DNA from: an uncultured Acidimicrobiales bacterium
GTDB lineage: Bacteria; Actinomycetota; Acidimicrobiia; Acidimicrobiales; SHLQ01
Assembly: GCA_938084885.1 (NCBI GenBank)
Contig: CALKGG010000081.1
Location: 1,083 to 65,082, forward strand
Reading direction: 5' to 3'
DNA length: 64,000 bases
How positions within the stretch are numbered: the first letter of the stretch is position 1; the number at the start of each line of letters is the position of its first letter. Below, in pieces: positions 32,701 through 40,693 of the stretch. A program made the translations under genes and the position numbers. Under the pieces are notes generated by a model, which saw only the letters and a program-made list of their open reading frames with translations, was not told where the DNA came from and searched no databases.

Positions 32701-33262
32701 CTCGGACGGCGAAATGTCCACGCGATTCCACCTGTGATTCCCGGCGGTACCCCGCATCGACAAGCATCCGCGACAGGTCGGCCAGGTCGATTTGGTCCCC
32801 AACACCAACAATAATCGGTTCGAGCTCGTCGACGCCGGGGCCCAGCCGTTGGACGAGCGACCGTGCACTGGCGACAACCACTTGAGGTGCCCGGGCCGGA
32901 TCTTGCAATCGCCACAGCACTTCGAGGCGACGCCCCATGGTTTCGACGTTTGGGCTGATCCGCTCGAACGGCAGCGTCTCCCATGCGGGGAACAGCGCAA
33001 CGGCGTCGTCACCGAGATAGGTCGAAAGGTCGGTCCGCAGGCGTTCGGCTTCGGTCGAGGTCGGGACGCACACCACAACGGGCACTCGTTCGCTCTGGTC
33101 GGCAATCGCTGCCAGCGAAAGGGCTCTGGCCGCCTCGGGCACGGCAACGAGCGCGCTTCGCTTCCCAAGCGACCGAATGATGCCGGGGTCATCGGCGAGT
33201 CCGGCGACGAGCGCCTTGAGTGGCGGAGCGGTCAGGTCGGTGACCGCCGACGTATCAGCCAC
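29789..33262 (-). CDS. mfd: Transcription-repair coupling factor
   Basis: 1157 aa. [11 protein letters not shown] and DEEQRFG helicase motifs. CarD/TRCF-like segment ([14 protein letters not shown]). Confidence 0.95.
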   Translation of the reverse strand: MADTSAVTDLTAPPLKALVAGLADDPGIIRSLGKRSALVAVPEAARALSLAAIADQSERVPVVVCVPTSTEAERLRTDLSTYLGDDAVALFPAWETLPFERISPNVETMGRRLEVLWRLQDPARAPQVVVASARSLVQRLGPGVDELEPIIVGVGDQIDLADLSRMLVDAGYRRESQVESRGHFAVRGSIVDVFPSTADAPIRIDLWGDEVDRLSEFGVNDQRSTVTRSEVVIHAAREVVASATIAERARTLVASEPWGREHWERLSDGEFFDGMESWLPWLTTRDSVLIDHIDSDALVVLVEPRRLRDRAADIASEEADLATTLARTWGAIDDDADTNEEFPRLHVPFDRILQHSECPVWTMTTAPEGPDVAVVAATGWETPLGDPPPLVNQLHQLTRDGFQIVIGADGTGTAPRLAVLLADHGIHLPVLDSLADVDAGTSGIVVAPLERGAVFTSSKLAVMSESDLTGRRRTHRKARKRATTSQDTFDDLAPGDYVVHHQHGVARFTGMVTRAIGGVERDYLLLAYRGDDKLYIPTDQIASVRHYTGGDSPTLSKMGGSDWSKAKAKVRSEVSEIAQELVVLYQKRVNAEGHAFAPDTPFQRELEDSFPYEETPDQLVAIADVKADMERPYPMDRLVVGDVGFGKTEVAIRAAFKAVQDNKQVAVLVPTTLLAQQHHQTFSDRFASFPLRVEVLSRFLTTAQARKIIEETNEGKVDILIGTHRMLNQDLKFKDLGLLVVDEEQRFGVKHKEKIKTLRTDVDVLTLTATPVPRTLEMSLTGIRDMTLLSTAPSERQPILTYVGEQSDRAITEAIRRELLREGQVFFVHNRVLDIDHTAAKVREMVPEARVAIAHGQMDEASLEQVVFDFWEGEYDVLVCTTIIETGIDMPSVNTLVVDRADLLGLGQMHQLRGRVGRSGQRAYAYLMVPPDKSLTEQAYERLKTIGEATELGSGFKIAMRDLEIRGAGNLLGTGQSGHIAAVGYDLYCQMVTEAVSELKGETVDEVDELSVELPVKAFLPDSYMETEDQRLEAYRRLAAVKTADQVTDISAEWIDRYGPVPEPAENLLDVARVRAACLRIGITELTVGKGPGFGGPDFVVRMSPIELPTSKQIRLDRIYKHSVYKPADGGFLQLAMKKGNIAQNIVTALEDLLPAE

Positions 33263-33866
33263 GGTTGAAATCGTTCATGATGGCCTCGGTGTCCTCACGG
33301 AGCAGGCGTTCGACGACGTCTGCGGCCTTTTCAACCTCGATATCGAGGTCGATGCGTTCGGCTTTGCCAGGTTGGCGAAGCACATAGTCCGACACCGATT
33401 GGCTGCCGGGAGGTCGGCCAATGCCGATGCGAACCCGAAGGAAATCTTGGGTGTGGGTGTGGCGTTTGATGGATTTGAGTCCGTTGTGTCCAGCAAGCCC
33501 TCCCCCGACCTTCAGCTTCGATGTGCCGACCTCGAGGTCGAGCTCGTCGTGGATGATTACCATCTCGGAAGGGTTCTCGATGCCGTAGCGGGCCGCGAGG
33601 TCTCGGACGCTGCGACCCGAGTGATTCATGAACGTCTGGGGGAACGCGATGGCCATGCGAAATTCGCCGAATCGGAGTTCGGCACTCAGGGCAGCCTGCC
33701 GGCCGGGTTTGAGCTTTTCGCCATGGCGCGCGGCAAGAACATCGATCACATCAGCGCCGACGTTGTGTCGGGTCCCGTCGTACTTGTCGCCGGGGTTCCC
33801 CAGGCCGACCACAAGGAGGTCGGCCGGGGTCCCGGAACGTTCTGTTGATTTCTTGCGGCCAAACAT
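33255..33866 (-). CDS. pth: Peptidyl-tRNA hydrolase
   Basis: LVVGLGNPGDKYDGTRHNVG and GHNGLKS motifs. Confidence 0.9.
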   Translation of the reverse strand: MFGRKKSTERSGTPADLLVVGLGNPGDKYDGTRHNVGADVIDVLAARHGEKLKPGRQAALSAELRFGEFRMAIAFPQTFMNHSGRSVRDLAARYGIENPSEMVIIHDELDLEVGTSKLKVGGGLAGHNGLKSIKRHTHTQDFLRVRIGIGRPPGSQSVSDYVLRQPGKAERIDLDIEVEKAADVVERLLREDTEAIMNDFNRG

Positions 33867-33920
33867 GGTGTCCTGCCCAAATGGTGGCAGCTAGGCCAAG
33901 CCCAGCTGGCCGAGCGTGAG

Positions 33921-34583
33921 CTAGGCGTCGTCGCCTTCGCCAGCGTCGTCTCCGCCCTCGGCTGCTGCGCCCTCTTCGCCCTCGGCTGCCTCGGCAGCGT
34001 CATCGGCGCGCATTGCTTCGATGGTCGAGCGGGTGACAACTGCACTTGCGACGGTTTCGTCAGCGTCGGCAGCAGCGCGGACGCCGTCTGGAAGTTCGAT
34101 GTCGCCGACGGTGATCGTCGATCCGACTTCGAGTTCGGAGATATCGGCGGTGACTTCGGTCGGGATGGCATCGGGACGAGACAGGATCGCGAGCGAGAAC
34201 ATGGTCTGGTCGACCATGCCCGACACCTGGGTGACTTCGCGGGCTTCGCCAACGAGCACGAGTGGAACCTCGACCTCGACCTCGACGTTTGCGTCGAGAC
34301 GGATGAAGTCGACGTGGATAACGTCACGGCGAGTTGGGTGACGCTGGATGTCTTTGACAATAGAGAGCTGCTCTTTGCCATCGACGTCGATGGTAAGCAG
34401 GGCGTTGACGCCTGCCTCGGTGGTGAGCGCTTTGCGCAGCGCCGGCCATTCGACTGCGACGGACACGGATTCCTCGCCGAGGCCGTAGATCACTCCGGGG
34501 ACAAGGCCCTCAGCGCGGAGCCGACGGCTCGATCGAGTTCCGGTCGTGCGACCGGTGTGTGCTTTGAGAAGTAGCTCGCTCAT
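33921..34583 (-). CDS. rplY: 50S ribosomal protein L25/Ctc
   Basis: RRLRAEGLVPGVIYG. Acidic Ala/Glu-rich C-terminal tail. Confidence 0.9.
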   Translation of the reverse strand: MSELLLKAHTGRTTGTRSSRRLRAEGLVPGVIYGLGEESVSVAVEWPALRKALTTEAGVNALLTIDVDGKEQLSIVKDIQRHPTRRDVIHVDFIRLDANVEVEVEVPLVLVGEAREVTQVSGMVDQTMFSLAILSRPDAIPTEVTADISELEVGSTITVGDIELPDGVRAAADADETVASAVVTRSTIEAMRADDAAEAAEGEEGAAAEGGDDAGEGDDA

Positions 34584-34684
34584 GGCGCCATCCTTCGTCT
34601 AGTAGGTTGTGAACCCCGTAAGGCTACAAGTGCTCGCCAAGACTTCCGCCGTCGCGGAACGATTCTGGAACCGAGCCGCTGACG

Positions 34685-35668
34685 CTACATCTGGTTGTTG
34701 CCGTCGAAGATCTCTGAGACGGTCGTGTCCATAAAGACCGCTTGGATGGCCCGAGCCAGGATCGAGCCAATCGAGAGCACGACGAGCTTGTCGAATCGCT
34801 TCTCGGGTCCGAGCGGCAACGTGTCGGTAACGATGACCTTCTCGATCGACGAGTTCTTGAGGCGGTCGACGGCTGGGCCCGAAAGGACCGGATGTGTCGT
34901 GGCTGCAAAGACCGACTTCGCACCCTTTTCGACGAGCTGCTCGGCTGCAGCGCAGATCGTGCCGCCGGTATCGATCATGTCGTCGATCAGCACACACGTC
35001 TTGCCTGCGACGTCGCCAACGACATCTTTGGCTTCGACCACGTTCTTCTTGTCGGCAACGCGACGCTTGTGCACGATGGCGAGCGATGCCCCGAGCTGGT
35101 TGGCGTAGCGTTCGGCGACCTTGACTCGTCCAGCGTCGGGCGAGACAACAACGAGGTCTTCTGTGCCGAGAGCCTTGAGGTAGTCGACGAGAACCGGCAT
35201 TGCAGTGAGATGGTCGACGGGGCCATCGAAGAACCCCTGAATCTGTCCGGAGTGCAGGTCGATGCTGACAAGGCGGCTGGCACCGGCGGCCTTGAACATG
35301 TTGGCGATGAGCTTCGCGGTGATGGGCTCGCGGCCCGCGGCTTTGCGATCTTGTCGGCCGTAGCCGTAGAAGGGCGCAACCACGGTGATGCGCTTTGCCG
35401 ATGCACGCTTCGCGGCGTCGACCATCACGAGATGTTCGATCAACGAATCGTTGATCGAACCGTCTTCCCAAGCCGAGTGCGTGTTCAAGATGAACACATC
35501 GGACCCTCGCACCGACGTCGAAAAACGGCAATGGATTTCGCCGTTCGCGAACTCGGCAATGTTCGATTCGCCCAGTTCGATACCGAGCTCGGCGGCGACA
35601 GACTCGGCTAGTTCTCTGCTCGTCCGGCCGGCAAATAGCGCCAGCTTCTTTTGTGTTACCTGCTCCAT
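34685..35668 (-). CDS. prs: Ribose-phosphate pyrophosphokinase
   Basis: DLHSGQIQGFF and PRPP-binding loop VLIDDMIDTGGT. Confidence 0.95.
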   Translation of the reverse strand: MEQVTQKKLALFAGRTSRELAESVAAELGIELGESNIAEFANGEIHCRFSTSVRGSDVFILNTHSAWEDGSINDSLIEHLVMVDAAKRASAKRITVVAPFYGYGRQDRKAAGREPITAKLIANMFKAAGASRLVSIDLHSGQIQGFFDGPVDHLTAMPVLVDYLKALGTEDLVVVSPDAGRVKVAERYANQLGASLAIVHKRRVADKKNVVEAKDVVGDVAGKTCVLIDDMIDTGGTICAAAEQLVEKGAKSVFAATTHPVLSGPAVDRLKNSSIEKVIVTDTLPLGPEKRFDKLVVLSIGSILARAIQAVFMDTTVSEIFDGNNQM

Positions 35669-35716
35669 ATGCCCTTCGACCTCCGGCTCACCTCGGGGGC
35701 GACCATACCGGGCGCG

Positions 35717-36727
35717 TCAGCTCAACTCTGAACCGAGGATTGAAAAGGGTGTCACATCAGCATGGGCGGGGACATCGAATCCTCGAACAACGCTGTGTGG
35801 GACCGTCGCACCTGGCCCGATCGTTGCGTCGATGAGGTGCGAGTTTGGGCCAATAACCACCCCGTCGGCAACAACGGTGTTCCCAACGAGCACAGACCCG
35901 GGCAGCACCCGCACGCCTTGTCCCAGTTGGACCGTGGCGTCGATCATTACCTGGCGGGGGTCAGGGAAGGAGACCCCTCGTTCGATCCAGGCCGAAACAA
36001 TGCGGTCTCGGAGCTCAATTTCGACCGGACTCCGGTCGGCGATCGACGTGATTGACTCGGTCAGTTCTACGGGTTCGCGCACGTCGACTCGATGCCCGAG
36101 CTGTTGAAGTACGCCGGCGATCTCGCGAATCGGCACTCCCACTTCCCACGAATTTTCGGCGGCTCGGCGCATCGCTGGAATGAGTAGCACGGCACGAACG
36201 AGAAGCGCAGCGAAACCGCCGACGACGACGTCGTGGATCGACGTGATCTCACCGATGTTGTTTCGCGCAATGACGGTGTCGGTGCGAGTGCCCACTGCCG
36301 TAGCGAGCAGTGTTGCGTCGTTACCCGACCTGCGGTGGTCCATGATGAGCTGGCGGAGCGCACCTGATTGAATCTGCGGAGCCTCGGCGGGAAGGAGAAG
36401 TATCTGGGAGGTGTCGCTGAGGGCAAGACCAGGGTCGAGACGGCTCAGCGCGTCCAACACTGATTCGGTGAGGTCACCACGAGGCGTGACGACTTCGATC
36501 ACCGCGTTGTCGGATCGGTCGATGAGCTCATCGCGATCATCGAGGCTGAGGTCGTGGGCAACGACACCAATTCGTCGGACGGATGCAGCGATTGCCGCGT
36601 CGGCGATCCAGCTAACGACGGCTTTGCCCGCAATGGGAGCAAGCGGGTTGCCGACCTCGGATGCGACCTTGACGCCCAACCCCGGTTGGGTTGAGACAAT
36701 CAACGCAGTGACCTGATTCGGTTCCAT
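35717..36727 (-). CDS. GlmU-like protein, short (336 aa) with degenerate uridyltransferase motifs and a truncated LbH domain
   Basis: Canonical glmU position (tRNA-Gln, glmU, prs). ATG at 36727. The N-terminus ALIVSTQPGLGVKVASEVGNPLAPIAGK replaces the LAAGxGTRMxSxxPK signature. Only a few hexapeptide turns are present (VQLGQGVRVLPGSVLVGNTVVADGVVIGPNSHLIDATIGPGATV) before the stop. Confidence 0.7.
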   Translation of the reverse strand: MEPNQVTALIVSTQPGLGVKVASEVGNPLAPIAGKAVVSWIADAAIAASVRRIGVVAHDLSLDDRDELIDRSDNAVIEVVTPRGDLTESVLDALSRLDPGLALSDTSQILLLPAEAPQIQSGALRQLIMDHRRSGNDATLLATAVGTRTDTVIARNNIGEITSIHDVVVGGFAALLVRAVLLIPAMRRAAENSWEVGVPIREIAGVLQQLGHRVDVREPVELTESITSIADRSPVEIELRDRIVSAWIERGVSFPDPRQVMIDATVQLGQGVRVLPGSVLVGNTVVADGVVIGPNSHLIDATIGPGATVPHSVVRGFDVPAHADVTPFSILGSELS

Positions 36728-36774
36728 GCCCAACGTTGTATCAAATTGAGCGGCCGAGCAGTAGCTCAACCGTG

Positions 36775-36829
36775 CTGTCTATCGCAGCGCACCCGCGCTG
36801 TGTATCGCAGCGCACCCGCGCTGTGTATC
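36775..36829. repeat. Tandem direct repeat, 23-nt unit, 2.4 copies (CTGT[C/G]TATCGCAGCGCACCCGCG)
   Basis: Units at 36775-36797 and 36798-36820, with a partial unit at 36821-36829. Each unit contains the hairpin CAGCGC-ACCC-GCGCTG. Located between the tRNA-Gln 3' end and the glmU-like start. Confidence 0.85.
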
Positions 36830-36838
36830 TCTGACTTG

Positions 36839-36911
36839 CTGGCCGAGCAGGGATCGAACCTGCGACCTCCTGGACCAAAACCAGGCGTTCTACCAACTGA
36901 ACTATCGGCCA
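36839..36911 (-). tRNA. tRNA-Gln (anticodon TTG)
   Basis: Cloverleaf read by eye on the minus strand: acceptor TGGCCGA/TCGGCCA (U1-A72), D-arm TAGTTCAGTTGGTAGAAC, anticodon stem CCTGG/CCAGG with loop TTTTGGT, T-arm GCAGG-TTCGATC-CCTGC, discriminator G. CCA is not encoded. Confidence 0.9.
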
Positions 36912-36941
36912 ATACCAACATCGTCATGCTATCGCCATCGC

Positions 36942-36965
36942 GGAAAAGGCCCGCTGATGCGGGCC
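36942..36965 (-). terminator. Intrinsic terminator downstream of the bS22 gene
   Basis: Minus strand reads GGCCCGC-ATCA-GCGGGCC followed by TTTTCC. Perfect 7-bp GC stem. Confidence 0.55.
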
Positions 36966-37037
36966 AATCCACTCACGGCGCCACCGAGTGGGTGTGCACG
37001 ACGAGCAGGCTATGTGTTGCGTCGAGCCCGCAGGCTA

Positions 37038-37136
37038 TTAGCGTCCGCGCTGACGTTGCGCTCTCGTCCGCTTCAGCATCTTGCGGTGCTTGTGCTTACG
37101 CATGCGCTTACGGCGCTTCTTAATAAGTGATCCCAT
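37038..37136 (-). CDS. 30S ribosomal protein bS22 (actinobacterial 32-aa basic micro-protein)
   Basis: Below the ORF-track length cutoff. Translation [32 protein letters not shown] closely resembles the mycobacterial bS22 sequence ([25 protein letters not shown]...). Confidence 0.8.
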   Translation of the reverse strand: [32 protein letters not shown]

Positions 37137-37217
37137 AACGGCTGGACGATAGCGGAATCCGACGTCTGGGCCGACCTCCGCGGGAGCCTTTGTGAGAAAA
37201 ATTCTGGAATGCGTTGA

Positions 37218-37946
37218 TTACTCAGTGGCGGCCGGGACGGTTCGAAGGACCGTGCCGGCCTCGGGAAACGCGCCTTCGACGAACCATGAACTGCCACTTC
37301 CGGCGAGGCGAGGGGTCAAACCCGTGGCGTTTCCGAGTTGCTCTTTGGCAATCGCCAACTCGGGAACCACGGCGAGGGCGGCGGGTTCGAGATCGTTGCC
37401 GCTCGCACTAGTTGGCCCGCCGAGCTCATCCCACTTTGCGTAGACGACCGGAGTTGGGCACGCAAGCTGCGGGGTCACGACGGTGAAGGCGAGGTCTTCG
37501 AAGTCGAGCTGCTCGACCTGCTCGCCAATGCCGCGCACTCGTGCTCGGCCGCCGACGAGACAAAAGGCCACATCGGCGCCAATGCCGGCAGCGGCTTCGA
37601 CATCATCGAACCCGGCCCATCGCAAGATGGCCGCGGCGTCGGCAGAGCCTCCCCCGAGACCTGCTTGGGCGGGGATGCGTTTGCGAACCACCGCGCCCAG
37701 CTCGACCCCTGCGAGTGTTGCGGCCCTCGTCACAAGATTGTTGTTGGGATCGATGTCGAGGGGCACTCCCCCGTTGCGTTCGTCGATGAAGCTCACTCCC
37801 GAACCGCCACGGGTTACCGTGAGTTCATCGAAGAGATCGAGCGTGACCATCTCGGCATCGATGAGATGCAGCCCGTCGTTGCGCACGCCCGTCACCCGGA
37901 GAGATCTCGTGAGCTTGGCTGGTGCCAGAATCGTCGTCGATGTCAC
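37218..37946 (-). CDS. ispE: 4-diphosphocytidyl-2-C-methyl-D-erythritol kinase
   Basis: APAKLTRSLRV N-terminus and GHMP motif PAQAGLGGGSADAAA. The preferred start is GTG at 37946, overlapping the ksgA stop as GTGA. The ORF-track ATG at 37982 would overlap ksgA by 40 nt. Confidence 0.85.
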   Translation of the reverse strand: MTSTTILAPAKLTRSLRVTGVRNDGLHLIDAEMVTLDLFDELTVTRGGSGVSFIDERNGGVPLDIDPNNNLVTRAATLAGVELGAVVRKRIPAQAGLGGGSADAAAILRWAGFDDVEAAAGIGADVAFCLVGGRARVRGIGEQVEQLDFEDLAFTVVTPQLACPTPVVYAKWDELGGPTSASGNDLEPAALAVVPELAIAKEQLGNATGLTPRLAGSGSSWFVEGAFPEAGTVLRTVPAATE

Positions 37947-38776
37947 CCGTTCGAATCTACGACGCTTGCGAGGGTGATCCATTGGTCGAGACCAAGTTGT
38001 TCTGCTCGCAGCGTCGCGTCGACACCCGCAGCTGTGATTTGTTCTTCGGTGAGCAAACCAGACAGCGACCGTCGCAACATTTTTCGACGCTGCCCAAACC
38101 CGGCCTTGACCACGCGGGCAAGTTCCCCATGGGAGACCTCCGGGGCGACAGCGCGTCGCACGAAACGAACCACCGACGAATTAACCTTCGGCTTTGGCAC
38201 AAAGACCGACGGCGGCACCGAGGCCACGACCTCACAGGTGCTGTGGAGCGCCGCCATCACCGACGGGATGCCATAGATCTTTGAACCCGGTCCGGCAGCG
38301 AAGCGATCCGCCACCTCGGCCTGCACCAACACCGTCACCGTCGTTACCTGCTCGACATCGGCGAGAATATCGAGCACCAGCGTCGTACCGACGTTGTAGG
38401 GCAGGTTCGAAACGACGTGCACGCCACCGTCCACCTCGGGGCCGCGATGCTCTGCAATGAGCGCGTCCCAGTCGAGCTTGAGCGCATCGGCGGTAATCAC
38501 GGTGGCGGTGTTGCCGAGGATGTCGGCTGCGACCTTTGCCAAGCCCGTATCGATCTCGACGGCGACGACCATCGCTCCAGTTTCGACCAACGCAAGCGTC
38601 AACGATCCAAGACCGGGGCCGATCTCGACAACAAGATCCCCAGGACCGACCTGGGCCAGCTCAGCAATCCGACGGACCGTGTTGGGGTCGGCCACAAAGT
38701 TCTGGCCGAGCTCTCGTCTGGCGGCCAAACCGTGTTGGTCGAGCAGCTCGTGTATGTGCGTTCGGCTGTGGGTCAC
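37943..38776 (-). CDS. rsmA: 16S rRNA (adenine1518/1519-N6)-dimethyltransferase
   Basis: LGQNFV, SAM motif VVEIGPGLGSLT, NLPYNV. Confidence 0.9.
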   Translation of the reverse strand: MTHSRTHIHELLDQHGLAARRELGQNFVADPNTVRRIAELAQVGPGDLVVEIGPGLGSLTLALVETGAMVVAVEIDTGLAKVAADILGNTATVITADALKLDWDALIAEHRGPEVDGGVHVVSNLPYNVGTTLVLDILADVEQVTTVTVLVQAEVADRFAAGPGSKIYGIPSVMAALHSTCEVVASVPPSVFVPKPKVNSSVVRFVRRAVAPEVSHGELARVVKAGFGQRRKMLRRSLSGLLTEEQITAAGVDATLRAEQLGLDQWITLASVVDSNG

Positions 38777-38785
38777 CGACCGAAG

Positions 38786-39769
38786 CTACAGCAGGTTCCG
38801 ACCACAGATCGGCCATTGGTCCCAGCCGCGCATCGCAAAGAGGGTGTAGGCCATGATGTCCTGCCACGCTGGCTCGGCTTGTGCGGGATCGACCCCGACG
38901 AGATGCGGCTGATGAATACCAGCAACCCAATCCCATGTTTGCTGGGAGAACTGATAGGCCCCACGAAAAGTTCCGGTGTGGTTGATCGCTGCGTAGTTGT
39001 GTGTCGACTCGCAGAACCGCAGGGCATCCCACTGTTCGGCGGTTGGACCACCAGGCGGTGGCGGTACACGCCCGTTGACCTGAGCGGGGGCCGTTGGCGC
39101 GGCGCCCGCCTCGTCATCCTCTTCGACTTCTGGAGTTCCAACATCATTGTCGTCAACGAGTGCGTCGGCTGGATCTTGCGCCTCATCGCCACTCGAGTCT
39201 TCGGACTCGGCCGACTCGCCGTTCGTGACGTTCTCTACCGGACTGGCCTGGTCGCCCTCGGCGGGTGCGTCTTGCGCAACGTCGGTTTCGCCTGGGTCCC
39301 CATTCGAATCCGCCGAGTTATTGGTTCGTTCGACTTCGGTATCTTGGGCGGGAGCAGTGTCATTCTCTTCGCCGTTAGCGGCCGTAGCGTTTGTTTCAGG
39401 TTCGCCTGCGGGAAGGTCGAACGTTGGCAGGAGCGACAGGTTGGTGTTCGACGGAGCGGGCGGACGGACTTCGACGCGTCCATCGGCGATCGCCTCGCTG
39501 CGGGCCTTCCCCCACGTCACCGCACGAGACGAAAGTAACGTCACATCTGGGCGCACGGCTTGCTCGACGACCACAACTTCGACCGACGGTGGACTCGAAT
39601 TGGCTGGGGCAACGCCAGGCGCGACAGCCGAAGCATCAGCTGACTCGGCAACCTCGTCGGCCGCGGCAGTTTCGATGCCCTCGACCGATGCTGGAGTATC
39701 AATAGCGAGAAACGGAATCGCAAGAGCTGCCACAATGCCCGCCAAGGCAACACGCCATCTCTCATTCAC
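38786..39769 (-). CDS. rpf: Resuscitation-promoting-factor-like secreted transglycosylase
   Basis: N-terminal membrane anchor, a long acidic low-complexity region, and a C-terminal Rpf domain (WDALRFCESTHNYAAINHTGTFRGAYQFSQQTW...WPICG). Position next to ksgA, as for mycobacterial rpfB. GTG start. Confidence 0.8.
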   Translation of the reverse strand: MNERWRVALAGIVAALAIPFLAIDTPASVEGIETAAADEVAESADASAVAPGVAPANSSPPSVEVVVVEQAVRPDVTLLSSRAVTWGKARSEAIADGRVEVRPPAPSNTNLSLLPTFDLPAGEPETNATAANGEENDTAPAQDTEVERTNNSADSNGDPGETDVAQDAPAEGDQASPVENVTNGESAESEDSSGDEAQDPADALVDDNDVGTPEVEEDDEAGAAPTAPAQVNGRVPPPPGGPTAEQWDALRFCESTHNYAAINHTGTFRGAYQFSQQTWDWVAGIHQPHLVGVDPAQAEPAWQDIMAYTLFAMRGWDQWPICGRNLL

Positions 39770-39923
39770 CTTTGGTCGATTCAGAATCTGACTCTTTCAC
39801 TGGCCTATACGAGCAGGCACGAGAAAGCCAGAGGCCCGACTCCACGCGCACCAGCGACCCTAGGGAAACCCCATCGACTGTGCAACCCCACTCGCGCCAA
39901 TCTTTACGCGTCGTGATATCGGG

Positions 39924-40691
39924 CTATGAGGAAAGAGCGTAGAACGTTATTGCCCGTTGGGTTGTGGCGTGTGCCACCGCTGCTGGTTCGATCCCGTGCA
40001 GCTCCGCGACCGCAGCGCCGACGTGCACGACGTTCGCTGGCTGGTTCTTTTTGCCGCGGTGCGGCACCGGCGCAAGGTAGGGAGAATCGGTTTCGACCAT
40101 CAACATGTCAAGCGGAGTACAGCGGACCGCGTCTTGCAGATCGGTGGCGTTCTTGAACGTCACGATCCCGCTAACCGAAATGACAATGCCGCGGTCAAGA
40201 CCGGCCCGGGCATCGTCGGGGCCCCCGGTAAAGCAGTGAAACACCGTCCGTGCGGGCACCCCTTCGGCGTCGAGGATGTCGAAGGTGTCAGCCCACGCAT
40301 CGCGAGTGTGGATGATGAGCGGTAGGTCGTGTTGGTTAGCCAACGCAATGTGTTGGGCGAACACGTCCTTTTGCACGTCTCGAGGAGAGTGGTCGTAGTG
40401 ATAGTCGAGACCAGCTTCGCCGACGCCAACGACCTTGTCGGCGAACAGCAACGCTTCGATTCCGTCCATGCCGTCGGTCGCGTCGTGGGGGTGCACGCCG
40501 ACCGTGGCGAACACGCCGTCATGGCGAGAAGCAACCGCGATGGCTTCCACAGAACGCTCGTGGGTGACGCCGACGGTCACCATCTTCGAGACGCCTGCGG
40601 CTCGAGCCGACTCGACCCAGACGTCGCCGTCGTGCCCCGGCGGAATGTGACAGTGGTTGTCGATCCATTCGAGCGAAGTGTCGCTGCTCAC
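39924..40691 (-). CDS. tatD: TatD-family metal-dependent hydrolase
   Basis: GTG start at 40691, 2 nt after the metG stop (VSSDTSLEWIDNHCH). HxH and HCFTG motifs. The ORF-track extension to 40937 overlaps metG and is rejected. Confidence 0.85.
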   Translation of the reverse strand: MSSDTSLEWIDNHCHIPPGHDGDVWVESARAAGVSKMVTVGVTHERSVEAIAVASRHDGVFATVGVHPHDATDGMDGIEALLFADKVVGVGEAGLDYHYDHSPRDVQKDVFAQHIALANQHDLPLIIHTRDAWADTFDILDAEGVPARTVFHCFTGGPDDARAGLDRGIVISVSGIVTFKNATDLQDAVRCTPLDMLMVETDSPYLAPVPHRGKKNQPANVVHVGAAVAELHGIEPAAVAHATTQRAITFYALSS

Positions 40692-40693
40692 GG

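Noticed and set aside
36775-36829. Possible CRISPR-like arrays at the short tandem repeats (also 62170-62210 and 60001-60220).
   Set aside because: The units are directly adjacent with no spacers, only 2-3 copies are present or they lie inside a coding region, and there are no cas genes.
36700-37040. tRNA-Gln as a possible integration site for a genomic island.
   Set aside because: There is no integrase, no duplicated tRNA 3' end and no accessory genes. Both flanks are the conserved glmU-prs and ispE-ksgA housekeeping genes in the expected order.
38417-39538. A 373-aa plus-strand ORF antisense to ksgA and rpf. Similar long antisense or alternative-frame ORFs occur at 3059-4099, 6581-7540, 18626-19615, 34599-35531, 34742-35611 and 59770-60801.
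   Set aside because: High-GC genomes produce long stop-free antisense frames. These translations are Arg/Ala/Pro/Gly-rich and low in complexity. Each lies opposite a gene with clear family motifs.
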